Assembly: GCA_051294375.1 (NCBI GenBank)
Contig: CM119271.1
Coordinates: forward strand, 7,802,162-7,866,161
Direction: 5' to 3'
From: Paraspadella gotoi
Taxonomy: Eukaryota; Animalia; Chaetognatha
DNA length: 64,000 nucleotides
The translations under genes were made by a program, and so were the position numbers. The notes beneath the pieces were generated by a model that was not told where the DNA came from, did not search any database, and was given only the letters and a program-made list of their open reading frames with translations. Below, piece by piece: positions 40,165-51,385 of this stretch (positions are counted from its first letter, which is position 1; every line of letters starts with the position of its first letter).

Positions 40165-40350
40165 TTTTTCATTCATTCGGTTGTTATTTCACATCTTGCT
40201 TCTTTGTTAATTTTAAGAGGGATAAGGAAAAAGAGAGAAAAGTTAAATAAGAGGGATTATTTATGTTTTTAGCTTAAATTAAATAGTATATTATTGCTGA
40301 AAGGGGCAAAAAAAAATGAAAAAGGCCCAAAGCAAAGGTGCGAAAAAAGG
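40165..40350 (+). repeat. Short dispersed repeat shared with ~15505-15660
   Basis: ttcattcg..ttgcttct..gttaattttaa..aaaagagagaaaa..aaataagag..attattt..ttttagct..tgaaaggg.caaaaaaaa in both. Confidence 0.55.
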
Positions 40351-40721
40351 AGAATCTCTCTCTTCTCTTTCTCTATCTCTCACTCTCTCACTCACTCTCC
40401 ATCCCTCTCCCTCCCTCTCTCATACTTTCCTTTTCTCTCTCTCCCTTCCTCTCCCTCTCTCTCTTTCTCTCTCTCTCTGTCTTTCTCTCTCTCAATACCG
40501 CGCTCTTAACCCATGGGAGGGTCTGTCTCTTCCGCTCTTCCTACTTTTGTAGTAGTTTTTCAGGCTTTTTGTAAATTGATTGTTTGTTTACTACAATTTC
40601 CGTTGTTTCCATTGGCGATATAGTCTTTTTCTTTTTCTTTTTCTTTTTCTTTTTCGCCGATCCAATGAGACTTAGTTTTTTTTTACATTTTCTTTTCCTC
40701 TCAGTTTCTATACTGCCTACA

Positions 40722-40754
<33 letters not shown>

Positions 40755-41154
40755 NNNNNNNNNNNNNNNNNNNNNNNNNNNNNNNNNNNNNNNNNNNNNN
40801 NNNNNNNNNNNNNNNNNNNNNNNNNNNNNNNNNNNNNNNNNNNNNNNNNNNNNNNNNNNNNNNNNNNNNNNNNNNNNNNNNNNNNNNNNNNNNNNNNNNN
40901 NNNNNNNNNNNNNNNNNNNNNNNNNNNNNNNNNNNNNNNNNNNNNNNNNNNNNNNNNNNNNNNNNNNNNNNNNNNNNNNNNNNNNNNNNNNNNNNNNNNN
41001 NNNNNNNNNNNNNNNNNNNNNNNNNNNNNNNNNNNNNNNNNNNNNNNNNNNNNNNNNNNNNNNNNNNNNNNNNNNNNNNNNNNNNNNCTCCTCCTCTCCC
41101 TCGCTCTCTCTCTCCTTCCCTCTCTCCCCCTCCCCCCCTCCCTCACTTCCTCAC

Positions 41155-41381
41155 CCTTCGTGCGGCCGAATATATGCGTCTGGTTCCGTTTCGATCGACG
41201 AAGATCCTGCCCCGGATGCGCCGCGCCCACCAATCCGGATTAACTCGAACGCCGTCTTGACCCGCTCACGTTGCCGGAAGCGGAGATTCGCGCGGGACGC
41301 AATCGAGACGCAGAGACGCTGACGACGACGAGGAGGAGAGAGAGAGGACGCTAGGTGGCGTGGAGGCGAAACGAGGCGGAG
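41155..41381 (-). CDS. tutl: Ig2 N-part exon (frameshifted)
   Basis: cag|CTCCGCCTCGTTTC = (A)PPRFASTPPSVLSLSSSSSSASLRLDCVPRESPLP; after indels NVS(W)VKDGVRVNPDWW..IFVDRNGTR..RPHEG; gtgag donor, phase 2. Confidence 0.8.
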
Positions 41382-41835
41382 CTGTTTGGGGGGGGCCGGA
41401 GGGGGAGGCAGGTGGGGGGTATGGGTAGAGAGGTAAGGGTTGGGTGAGGTAACGCGGAAAATGTTGGAAAAACGATGGCGTTTTTTTCCGCAAAAAAAAA
41501 AAAAAAGAGAGAAAAGACCTCGAGGTGACTCATAAAAGTAAACAAACCGAAAACAGAATCCATTCCCGCGACGAACCCTCACCCAAGAGTTTCAAGCCTC
41601 ACCCTGCCCAACCCTCCCCCAGAAACTCCACTCACTTCAGCCTCAAACCTTGTTTTACCCTTACTTCTGGAGCGTCGTCAAAAAGAAAGCCCGAAACCTC
41701 ACCTTCTTGAGTCTCTAGCCTCTCCCTCTATCCACTCAAGCCTCAAACCCTGCAAGCCCAATAAATTAAATATTGTGAATGTATATATTGTATATATTGT
41801 ATGTATATATGTATATATTCACACCGACTCACCTT

Positions 41836-41982
41836 CATTCAGCCAATCCCATTGGTTCAGAGGGAGAACGCTTCCTCCCAAGCGTTATGTTTCTTCCCCA
41901 CACCTAAAGACTTCCCCTTTGTGTTGGCAACGGGAGTCAGTCCACTGATGGTGGGATGGACATCACAGGCAACCCGCCTGTT
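41836..41982 (-). repeat. Dispersed repeat, copy 1 (shorter); related to 62746-62941
   Basis: Shared blocks GGGTTGCCTGTGATG, TTGCCAAC.CA.AGGG.AAGTC.TTAGG and CCCTCTGA.CCA.TGGGATT.GCTGAA in the same order. Confidence 0.7.
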
Positions 41983-43856
41983 AATGACTCACCGCCCAAA
42001 CCTCACTCAAACAATATTAATATACCACCCATCCATTACCTCGGACCTCACCCGCTCTCGCTCATCCACCCCTCCCCCCTCAACCCATTAACTCCCCAAC
42101 AAAACAAAAAATAAAAATGGCGACGAAATCCAAGTTTCGCCTCCCGTAATCTCGGTCGACGTGACACGCGTCCCTTTTTTTTTGACGCGTCGTTTTTCCG
42201 CCGGCGTCGACGTCGTCATTTCTGGGTCGGGGTCGGGGTCATGTGTTCACATTCAGATTTATATTCACGTTCACATTCACATTTTCATTCACATTTATAT
42301 TTATATTCTCGTTCATACTCAGCCTTTGCCAGTTCTCGAACCTTTTCCAATGCGTTTTTCAAATTCAAGCACCCGACACAAAANNNNNNNNNNNNNNNNN
42401 NNNNNNNNNNNNNNNNNNNNNNNNNNNNNNNNNNNNNNNNNNNNNNNNNNNNNNNNNNNNNNNNNNNNNNNNNNNNNNNNNNNNNNNNNNNNNNNNNNNN
42501 NNNNNNNNNNNNNNNNNNNNNNNNNNNNNNNNNNNNNNNNNNNNNNNNNNNNNNNNNNNNNNNNNNNNNNNNNNNNNNNNNNNNNNNNNNNNNNNNNNNN
42601 NNNNNNNNNNNNNNNNNNNNNNNNNNNNNNNNNNNNNNNNNNNNNNNNNNNNNNNNNNNNNNNNNNNNNNNNNNNNNNNNNNNNNNNNNNNNNNNNNNNN
42701 NNNNNNNNNNNNNNNNNNNNNNNNNNNNNNNNNNNNNNNNNNNNNNNNNNNNNNNNNNNNNNNNNNNNNNNNNNNNNNNNNNNNNNNNNNNNAAGTTTTT
42801 TTTTTCTTCTTCTCTAAACTGGGAATTTTAATGTGGCGTACGGAGACGACGTCTGCTCTTGAGCTCCATTCGCTAAAAATCCCGCGACTCCATTAATCGC
42901 TTTATGGTCGCCATTTGCAATTTGCAATTTGCAATGATTCCTCGACTCTCTGAAATTCAGGAGATTGAAGCGAAAAAAAAATTTTCGGTAGGTTTTCGAT
43001 GTTATAATCGAATTTACATATACTAGACTTAAATAATTATTAATTACTAATATATATATATATAAATAATAATAAATCACGTTGTTTTACTATTTAGATT
43101 ACACTTTAAGGCTTTAAAAAGTAACTATTTTATAAAAACGATAAATTGAAGCGATTCGTTGTCTTGGAAATACTAAGTCGGAAATATTAGAATGTCCAAA
43201 AATATATAGCCTCGAAAATTGGAGGTAAAAATGTAAAGTCTTAGAAACTAGGGTTTAGTCTTCTAATAAAATACAACCGAACTNNNNNNNNNNNNNNNNN
43301 NNNNNNNNNNNNNNNNNNNNNNNNNNNNNNNNNNNNNNNNNNNNNNNNNNNNNNNNNNNNNNNNNNNNNNNNNNNNNNNNNNNNNNNNNNNNNNNNNNNN
43401 NNNNNNNNNNNNNNNNNNNNNNNNNNNNNNNNNNNNNNNNNNNNNNNNNNNNNNNNNNNNNNNNNNNNNNNNNNNNNNNNNNNNNNNNNNNNNNNNNNNN
43501 NNNNNNNNNNNNNNNNNNNNNNNNNNNNNNNNNNNNNNNNNNNNNNNNNNNNNNNNNNNNNNNNNNNNNNNNNNNNNNNNNNNNNNNNNNNNNNNNNNNN
43601 NNNNNNNNNNNNNNNNNNNNNNNNNNNNNNNNNNNNNNNNNNNNNNNNNNNNNNNNNNNNNNNNNNNNNNNNNNGATCGTAAACAGGATTTTATCATGAT
43701 TTAGGGGCAGCGGGTCCCGAATGGCGGCGCGCCCACCCTGGCCGGAGAGAGCCGCGCGCTTTTTTTTTACACGGAGGAGAGGAAAACAAAACATTGAGAT
43801 ACTCGGTAGTTATTTGATGGAGAGAGAGAGGGAGATGGGGAGGGAGGGAGGGAGAG

Positions 43857-43887
<31 letters not shown>

Positions 43888-44349
43888 GAAAGGAGAGTTA
43901 CAAACGTTTCAAAGTTTTAAAACGGAAAAATGTAACAAGTTATCAACAACGTCCAAAAAATTAGTTGCTGTTTCTTAGTTCGTACAGTCAGCAGTGTGAG
44001 TGTTCAGGTCTCTTCATATGTTGCGTTCAACCTTTTCCCCCCATTGAAAACTTTCTTAACTACCTCGTCACTTATTTCTCTCAAAAATATCTTTACCTCA
44101 CCTCTCTTTTAAGATGTTATAAGTTCCCCTTCTTTTCTTTCAACTCCTTTCGTTGAAAGCTCATTCTTGTTTTCTTTTTAATAGCCCCCCCTCCGCTCGC
44201 GCACTCTCTCTTCGCTCTTTACTTTTCTTTTTCCTATCTCTTTCTTTTTTACCTCTCTTTTTTCTCTCTCTTTTTTTTCTTAACTAGAATGGGTCTCTGG
44301 CGGTTATTTTCCCCGAGGTTAATTCGTGTTCCTTTTTTCTTAAAAAGAG

Positions 44350-44473
<124 letters not shown>

Positions 44474-45575
44474 TGATAAAAAAATGTCAAAGTTGTAAGA
44501 AAAAATATCGCTTTAGAATCTGGAGTGATCGAACATATAGTCAGTCAAAAATGGTTCAGAAATATTCAAAAATTAGTCCATACCGGTAAGTTTAGAAAAG
44601 ATCTGAATAGCGTTTATTCTATATTCATACTAGCAAGAAAAGGCCTTTTAAGCCAAAAAAAAAAGTTTAAATTTAATAAAACAATGGACAACAAAAATTA
44701 TGCTTCAGGGGAAGAGTGAAGAGTGAAGTCGGGGAAAGGGAATAAAGNNNNNNNNNNNNNNNNNNNNNNNNNNNNNNNNNNNNNNNNNNNNNNNNNNNNN
44801 NNNNNNNNNNNNNNNNNNGAGAAGCAGGCGGGCGGAAAGTGATATGAAAGAGAAAGATGAAATTAATAGAAAACAATAGAAAATTAAAATTACCAGTCGG
44901 CTTGGAATCAAAATGAATAAGAGACGTATTAAGTTAAAATAAATGAACTAAAAATTTTTTTCCCCTCCATTAGCTCAGCTTTGCACGGCAAAAGGTACGA
45001 ATAGATTAACGAGGACGGTATTTCCAATGCGTTGCGCCGCAACTTTCCTCGCCAGTGTATTTATGACATGCACTGCATCGAGTCTATTATTCTTTATAGT
45101 TTTAGGATATCCTGAAGGCGGCGCTAGCAGTCCCATATATTTTTTTTTTCTCTCTTAACGAATGAGCAACCAATTATATGCAAGTTATGAGCATTTTTAA
45201 CGTAAGTGGGACGGACCGACGGACAGACATACAGGACGGATCGACCGACCGACGGATCGACCGAAAAGTGACTAAAGATATTGATTACCTTCTCACGTTC
45301 TCATCTCTACCGATCATCTCTTCTACTTTCTCCTTTCAACCGCCTTCTGTCCAAGCGTGATTTAAAAAAAAATCAAATTAGATTTTTATTTTTTTTTCAT
45401 TCACGCGTCTTTTTATTTTTTTATCCTTTTTTTCGTCAAAGTTCGAGAGTTTATCGTAGCGGAGAAAATTGATTCCATGAGTTCCAGAGTTTTAACCCTT
45501 TCTTTCTTTTTTCTCTTTTTTAAAAAAAATTATTATAGAAATTTTATCGTTTCTCCCTCCCGGATCCATATTTAT

Positions 45576-45686
<111 letters not shown>

Positions 45687-46912
45687 AGTCACGCGCTCCT
45701 TTGCCGCGCGTAATTTTTTTCACTTTGTTTTTTTTTTTCAGTTTTTGAAGACAGAACAGGTTTTTCGAATTTAGATGAATATTTCAAAAAAATAATTTAA
45801 AAAACCGGGAAGGGAAAAAAATGAGATAAATGGAGAGCAGGAGAAAAATGGGGGAAAGAGGAAATTAGGAAAATGATTGGGAAGGGAGGAAAATGCCTCT
45901 GGATATTAAAGTGGAAAGAGAAGAGAGAAGGGTGAAGAGAAGGCACGGGAGGGATGTCTAGGGAGAGAGCAGATTCAAAAATTAAAAGTGTGGCGAAAGG
46001 ATTAAATGATGAAATTATTAATTTTTAATTGATAAAGTTGGGAAGATAAAACGTCAGCCAATGAGACTTATGAAGAGTGAACATTACATTTTCTGTTACA
46101 ATCGTCTGTTATAAAATTGCTTTGTCATAAACTGGTAATCAAACACAACACGGATTGAAAGAAAAATAAGTAGAGGTCAACAAGCGTGAAAACCCAGAAT
46201 AACGTTTCATAAAAGCCTAAAGCGTATTTAACTTGTGCAGACGCTTCCTATGACGGAAACTTGATTCATGGGACAAATCCACGGACTTGTATTCCAGATG
46301 GAATTTAAACAAAAGGTAAACCTAGTTGTACTTTTACGTCGGAGGAAGGGAACGATAGAGATGGAATGAATACGAGGGGATGATGAAGTATCACAGACGG
46401 GCGTTCACGTTGGAGGACTTACATTTAGGATTAAACAAGAATTAAGAAAAAAAAAACCNNNNNNNNNNNNNNNNNNNNNNNNNTCAAATTAGAAGTATAT
46501 TTTTTCGCACATTTTTAATCTGTCTGTAAATATTTTCATAAACTTACACTAACTCCCTTACCACTTTTTCTTTTTCTCTCCCTTCCTCCCCTCCCGAATC
46601 CCTCGTTTCTCCACTCGCAGCAACGCCTTCACCCCAATTTTCTGGTCTCCTAAGTCCGTTTCTCTTTATTTCCCTCCTTCCATCTTCTTTTACTTTCTTT
46701 TTTTTTTTCTCTTTTTTCTTTCTCTTTTCTTTTTTTTTTTTCTCTTTTTTCTCCCGGGAATTTTTTTCCTTCACCCTAATGTTGTCTTGTTTCTTTTTTT
46801 TTTTTTTTCTCCATGATTCGAAAAGGGAAAAATCTTTTGTTTTTTCTCCTTCGCTTTCGCCGATCCACATCTCACTCTCTCCTCTTTCTTCCGCTGACTT
46901 TCTGACTCCTCT

Positions 46913-46972
<60 letters not shown>

Positions 46973-47083
46973 CGCAGCGCCTTTTTGTTCACTTTCCATA
47001 ACAGAGATTTCCCCCATTTTAAAATATCTCGGTATCACTTTTTTCACCATCTCTCCCCCTCACCAACTCCCTCCACCTCACAG

Positions 47084-47298
47084 GAAAGGCATTGATTGGA
47101 ACACCTTGAGGACTCGCCCACTTGGTCACGCGTTGACGATTAGTTATCAAGACGGGACAGTCGCTCGGGAGGAGAGGGAGGAGGAGGAGGCAGGAGGAGG
47201 AGGAGCGACGGAGGAGGATTGAGCTGGGGCGACACACGACCGGAAGGGCATTTCCCGCGAGCCGAGGGAAAGTTCCAAACAAAAGGGCAACGCAGCTG
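47084..47298 (+). CDS. Plus-strand exon: FN3-like C-half / juxtamembrane region
   Basis: ctcacag acceptor; (R)KGIDWNTL..; ends FQTKGQRS-TG|gtgagg, joining the next exon as W-RLIA. Frameshifted. Confidence 0.5.
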
Positions 47299-47609
47299 GT
47301 GAGGACAACGGGCTGAGAAGCGAGAAGGTAACATGAAAGGACGCGTTATCGTGCATAAGGCAGTCTAATAAAAAATAACCTAAATGAAAGGGCACGGTCC
47401 GAGCAGCAACCATTATAAATTAGAGAAAAAGGGCAATCTGTACAGAATTATTTTTCTGACGCTACAGTCTAAATGATAGAGCAGCACAGACGTTGTCAAT
47501 GGCCATTGATCGTGCGGGGAGGGACATTAACGTGTTATTCAATTTATTGTTTTGAAAATAAAATGTGTATTAGAAAATATTCTAGATACTCTTCTTTTAG
47601 TTTATTTAG

Positions 47610-47691
47610 GCGCTTGATAGCGCCATCGCCGGGGCTTTGCTGTCGTCTCGGTCTTGCCTCTTAATTCTCCCGCACCTTATTTCTACAAGAG
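47610..47691 (+). CDS. Plus-strand exon: transmembrane helix plus basic stop-transfer
   Basis: tttag acceptor, gtgagt donor; with several single-base indels reads RLIA(A)IAGAL(A)VVSVLPL.IL(A)APYFYKR. Confidence 0.55.
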
Positions 47692-47745
47692 GTGAGTTCC
47701 CCTCCTCTCTCTCTCTCTCCTCTCTCTCTCTTACTCTTCTCTCTC

Positions 47746-47780
<35 letters not shown>

Positions 47781-47799
47781 TAAATCATCCTTTTTTCAG

Positions 47800-48025
47800 A
47801 TGCGAAACCCGCCCCTTCGACGCCGCACCGCGCCAACGCTCCTATAACGGGCGCCAACCGGTTCCTCGCCGGCGCCAACGGACATCGTTCGCGGCGCCAA
47901 AAGAGACGATTTGCGGCACGCGACGATGAGCGCGGCGCCTTCAAAGGCCTCAACTCCGGTCAACGGGCCATTCTCCTCAAACAGAACACGGAGGTTATTC
48001 GCATCGCCGAAAAAGGCCACATCAG
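47800..48025 (+). CDS. Plus-strand exon: cytoplasmic tail (3' end uncertain, may extend to ~48230)
   Basis: ttttttcag acceptor after a 108-nt GT-AG intron; GC-rich; long open frame ..ANRFLAGANGHRSRRQKRRFAARDDERGAFKGLNSGQRAILLKQNTEVIRIAEKGHI. Confidence 0.5.
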
Positions 48026-48610
48026 GTTATAACAGTGCATGGTGACAACGGATGACAGAAATGAATTAATCGAGAGCGGAAATACGTCAAATTACCCAGA
48101 GGGAAAATCACCACTAATGTTGATGACATCGAAAGGACGACACAGTAATGATGGACGATTCGCTTATTTGACAATCAACAAGGAAGAAAAGAAGAACGAC
48201 TTCGACGACGACGACCACCGATTTCAACTCTAAACCTTCTGAGCTAAAAGAAGTTCTATTTTTTTTAGACCTTTTTTTTTTTTGCCCATGTTTGTCAGTT
48301 TCATTTCATGTAATTTGGATGGTTCGCTATCGCGCTCTCGTGAACGATAATAAACAACGCGAAGAATAGCAAGAATTAGAAGGCGTGCGCGTGAATTTGA
48401 AATTGCACCATTTTTGCTGAAATCAATTTTTTTAGAAACAAATCCCTTTTTTTTTTCTCTCTAGCATGCTCCTTAATCAAAAATGATAACGTTTTGTTTT
48501 CAAACTTTCTGGCATGGGAAAGATCTATTGGTCATCGAAAACAAAACAAATAGAGCCAATCGCCGTGAAGAGAAAATGAACGATTTACCCGAATTAAACT
48601 TCTTCCTCAG

Positions 48611-48888
48611 ATTCACCAATTCGCTTCTTCGGGAACGACACCAGGCAGGTCTTGGCGAGTACTGGTGTAACGGTGGCCGCCCTTCACGGCCGGGCACTTC
48701 GTCGGTTCGGACTGGAGAGGAGGAGGAATGTATGAGAGAAGATGAGAGGAGGAAGAGTCGAGGAAGGAAAGCAGAGGAGGAGGAGGAGCGCAAGGACTTG
48801 GCCCTCCAGGATGCATGAAGACTTGCCATCGATATGAGGCATCTGGGCCAGGCAGCAAAACCAAGACATCAGCCTTTCAACGAATCAG
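48611..48888 (+). CDS. Plus-strand exon: charged cytoplasmic region
   Basis: ttcctcag acceptor; FTNSLLRE..EEEECMREDERRKSRGRKAEEEEERK..; ends FNES-G|gtggc, phase 1, compatible with the next exon. Confidence 0.4.
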
Positions 48889-49319
48889 GTGGCATTAATG
48901 TCTTGTTTTCACTCTCTCTCTCTTCTCTTCCTCTCTCCTCTCTCTCTCTCTCTCTCCTCTCATCATCTCTCCTCTCTCTCTCCTCCTCTCTCTCTCACTC
49001 TCTCTTTAGGTAGTTTTCGAAATTAGTTTTTGTTTTTCTAACCAACGTTTATTTTTTCGTTTTGCTCGTTCTAAGAATTAAATATTTGCTTGTCATGTAC
49101 TGTGATATCATGTAATAGATCATTTTAGGGTTTTGGGCCTTTAAAAAAGTTTACAAAATTACCAAAAAAAACCAATCTTTGCCCTCTATTTTTTTAATTG
49201 AATACCGAAAAATAGTTTTACAATCAGGAAAAAAATTTGTCGCCGCAATCCTGAATTTCTTTTTTCCCGTCATTATCTCGCTCAATTGAACAAATTTGAT
49301 TTATTTTACACGTCATCCT

Positions 49320-49365
<46 letters not shown>

Positions 49366-49458
49366 TCTTTCTCTCTCTCTTTTCTCTCCTTCTACTTCTC
49401 TCTCTCTCTCTCCTCTCACCTCAATCCTCCATTTTCTAATTTTCTTTGTTTTTCACAG

Positions 49459-49575
49459 ATTTAATTTCATTTCAAAAAACCTTACCGCCAAACGCCGACG
49501 CGCCAATCGCCCAGACCTTCCTCCCACGCAGGGCGCAATCTGTCACTTCCGGCGTTGAGACCTCGACCGATGCAG
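49459..49575 (+). CDS. Plus-strand exon
   Basis: tttcacag acceptor, cag|gtagt donor; 117 nt, phase 1/1, fully open: DLISFQKTLPPNADAPIAQTFLPRRAQSVTSGVETSTDA. Confidence 0.55.
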
Positions 49576-50111
49576 GTAGTGGGAAGAAGAGGTAGGAAGA
49601 GGGAAGAGGAGGAGGAGAGTGAGGAGCGAGGGGAGAGTGAAGGGGAAAAAGCGAGAGGAAAGGAGGGAAAGAACAAGGAGGGAAAAGAAGGGGAAAAAGG
49701 AAGGAGCTGAGATCAGTTGGGCTAACAGGAAATAAAAAAGCATTGAAAAAAAAAAAAAGGGAATGATAATCCAATATATTTGTCATTATAATTTATATAG
49801 TACTAATTATTCATAATGTAAGGAAATAAAAAAATAAGAAACATTTAAAAAATTATTTTTGAGAGAGAAAATAAAACGGGGTTGAAAATACCTTCAAGGA
49901 GGAAAAGAGAAAGAGAGACTGAGAGAGAGCAGATAATGAATCGACGTCTCGAACACGGATTTTTTGGGGAAGAAAAGATCTTTTCAACCTCCGGCTCTTC
50001 GCGAAAAAGCGAGACAGAGAGACCAGAGTCGAAAGAGAAAAGAGAAAAGAGCAGGGTAGAGCGACAGACATATTACTTGTTCCAACACTCGCTCACTGTT
50101 TCAATGTTCAG

Positions 50112-50284
50112 GCTCGACTGATTTTCGGCGATGCAGGGACGAGGAAAAAGTTCTCACCCCGGGAGTCTCACGGCAGCGAGTCGTCGGCTTGTAGTCTGAG
50201 TTCACGGTGAGCTCAATGTCTTCAGATCTGGCGGATTTGGGAACGGTCCAAAATTTGTCTGGTTTCATAGACATAGTTGAATAG
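50112..50284 (+). CDS. Plus-strand terminal coding exon
   Basis: ttcag acceptor, phase 1: GSTDFRRCRDEEK..(fs)SPRESHGSESSACSLSS..(fs)SSMSSDLADLGTVQNLSGFIDIVE-TAG. Confidence 0.45.
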
Positions 50285-51228
50285 GTCGTTAACAAGCAAA
50301 ATTATACTTTACCCTTGTGACTCGGCCTGGGCATGATAGGATTTACGCCGCGTTTACATTAAAACCAATTAACACAAAACTGCGGCTGGGCGAATAACAC
50401 GGCTCTCCTTCTATTTACTTTTTTCGGTCTCAACAAACATTTTTACGATTACTGAAACCTGTTATTCTCTTATTGAGATATGATGGTGAGATTCTGTTAC
50501 TCTAGCTTTTTCTAACTCCATGGCTAAAGAAATTTTGCGGAGCAATAAAAAAAAATGTTAAGACTCCGGATGGAGCAACATATGGCAACCTCTCTCTTCT
50601 CTCCTCTTCTCTCTTTCTCTCTCTCTCCTCTCTCTCTCTCTTCTCTCTCTCTCTAAACTCTCTTCTCTTCCTCCCCTCTCTCTCCTTGACTTGATATAAT
50701 ATTTTAAGCGAGTTTAGGAAATAAATCAAACGTAACGATCCAGAAAGAATTCCGGTTATTCTTTGAATTCTATTCCTGTGTGTTTTTAAATGGCCTCAGA
50801 ACCCCTTCTTTTTTTTCTTCTTTGCGGGTAACCCTAGTTCTTTTTGTTGGTTTTAGTTACTTTAAAATACTCAAAATAAAAGAGCCTCAGTATTAATGAA
50901 TTAATCGTGATCGATTCGATATTAGAAGCGTTTTCATTTTTTTTTCATTCGCTAGCATTTTCTGAACGCTTGCCAGGATCTTGTTATATTATTATTAGAA
51001 TATTCTATTCAAAGGCCTAAATATTTATATATGTAGATTTAGTAACAATTCGGGTGATCATTATATTCATTTTCACAAATTTTTGATTATTCTAAAAAAA
51101 AAAATTTCTCTATCCATTTCTACTTCTTGGTTATTTTTACCGCTGCCTCCATTATTTAAAACCCTTTATGCCCCTTCCCCTTCCTTAGGCGATGACCCTC
51201 AACGGGTTCCCCCCCTCCCAATCCTTTC

Positions 51229-51385
51229 CATGGGGTCTCAAGTGAACGGCTTCTTCGCAGCCCTCTCGTCCACGCTACGCCGCAGGAATATTCTGCGACC
51301 GACTGGACGCCGTCGCCCCGAGCGCCTCGTGATGTCGACGGAAGACGCCAACAGACGCTCGCCAGATATTCCTTCCTGCGAGCGT
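51229..51385 (-). CDS. tutl: Probable Ig1 C-half exon (frameshifted)
   Basis: Acceptor ttttccag; reads DARRKEYL..DGVQSVAEYSCGV..(fs)AVHLRPH-G; phase-1 end joins the 41381 exon to give H-A-PPRF as in Turtle; donor reads GA instead of GT (likely error). Confidence 0.5.

Noticed and set aside
41941-41960. CTGATGG as a hammerhead ribozyme core
   Set aside because: Not CUGANGA and no properly placed GAAA or stems.
47796-48020. Minus-strand ORF with Ig-like VEAFEGAALIVAC
   Set aside because: No downstream Trp or D.G.Y.C and no convincing minus-strand splice sites; the plus strand has a clean GT-AG intron here.
48640-48670. GLGEYWC as an Ig F-strand (missing Ig1)
   Set aside because: Wrong strand and order; a better Ig1 C-half candidate with the right phase exists at 51229-51385 (minus).
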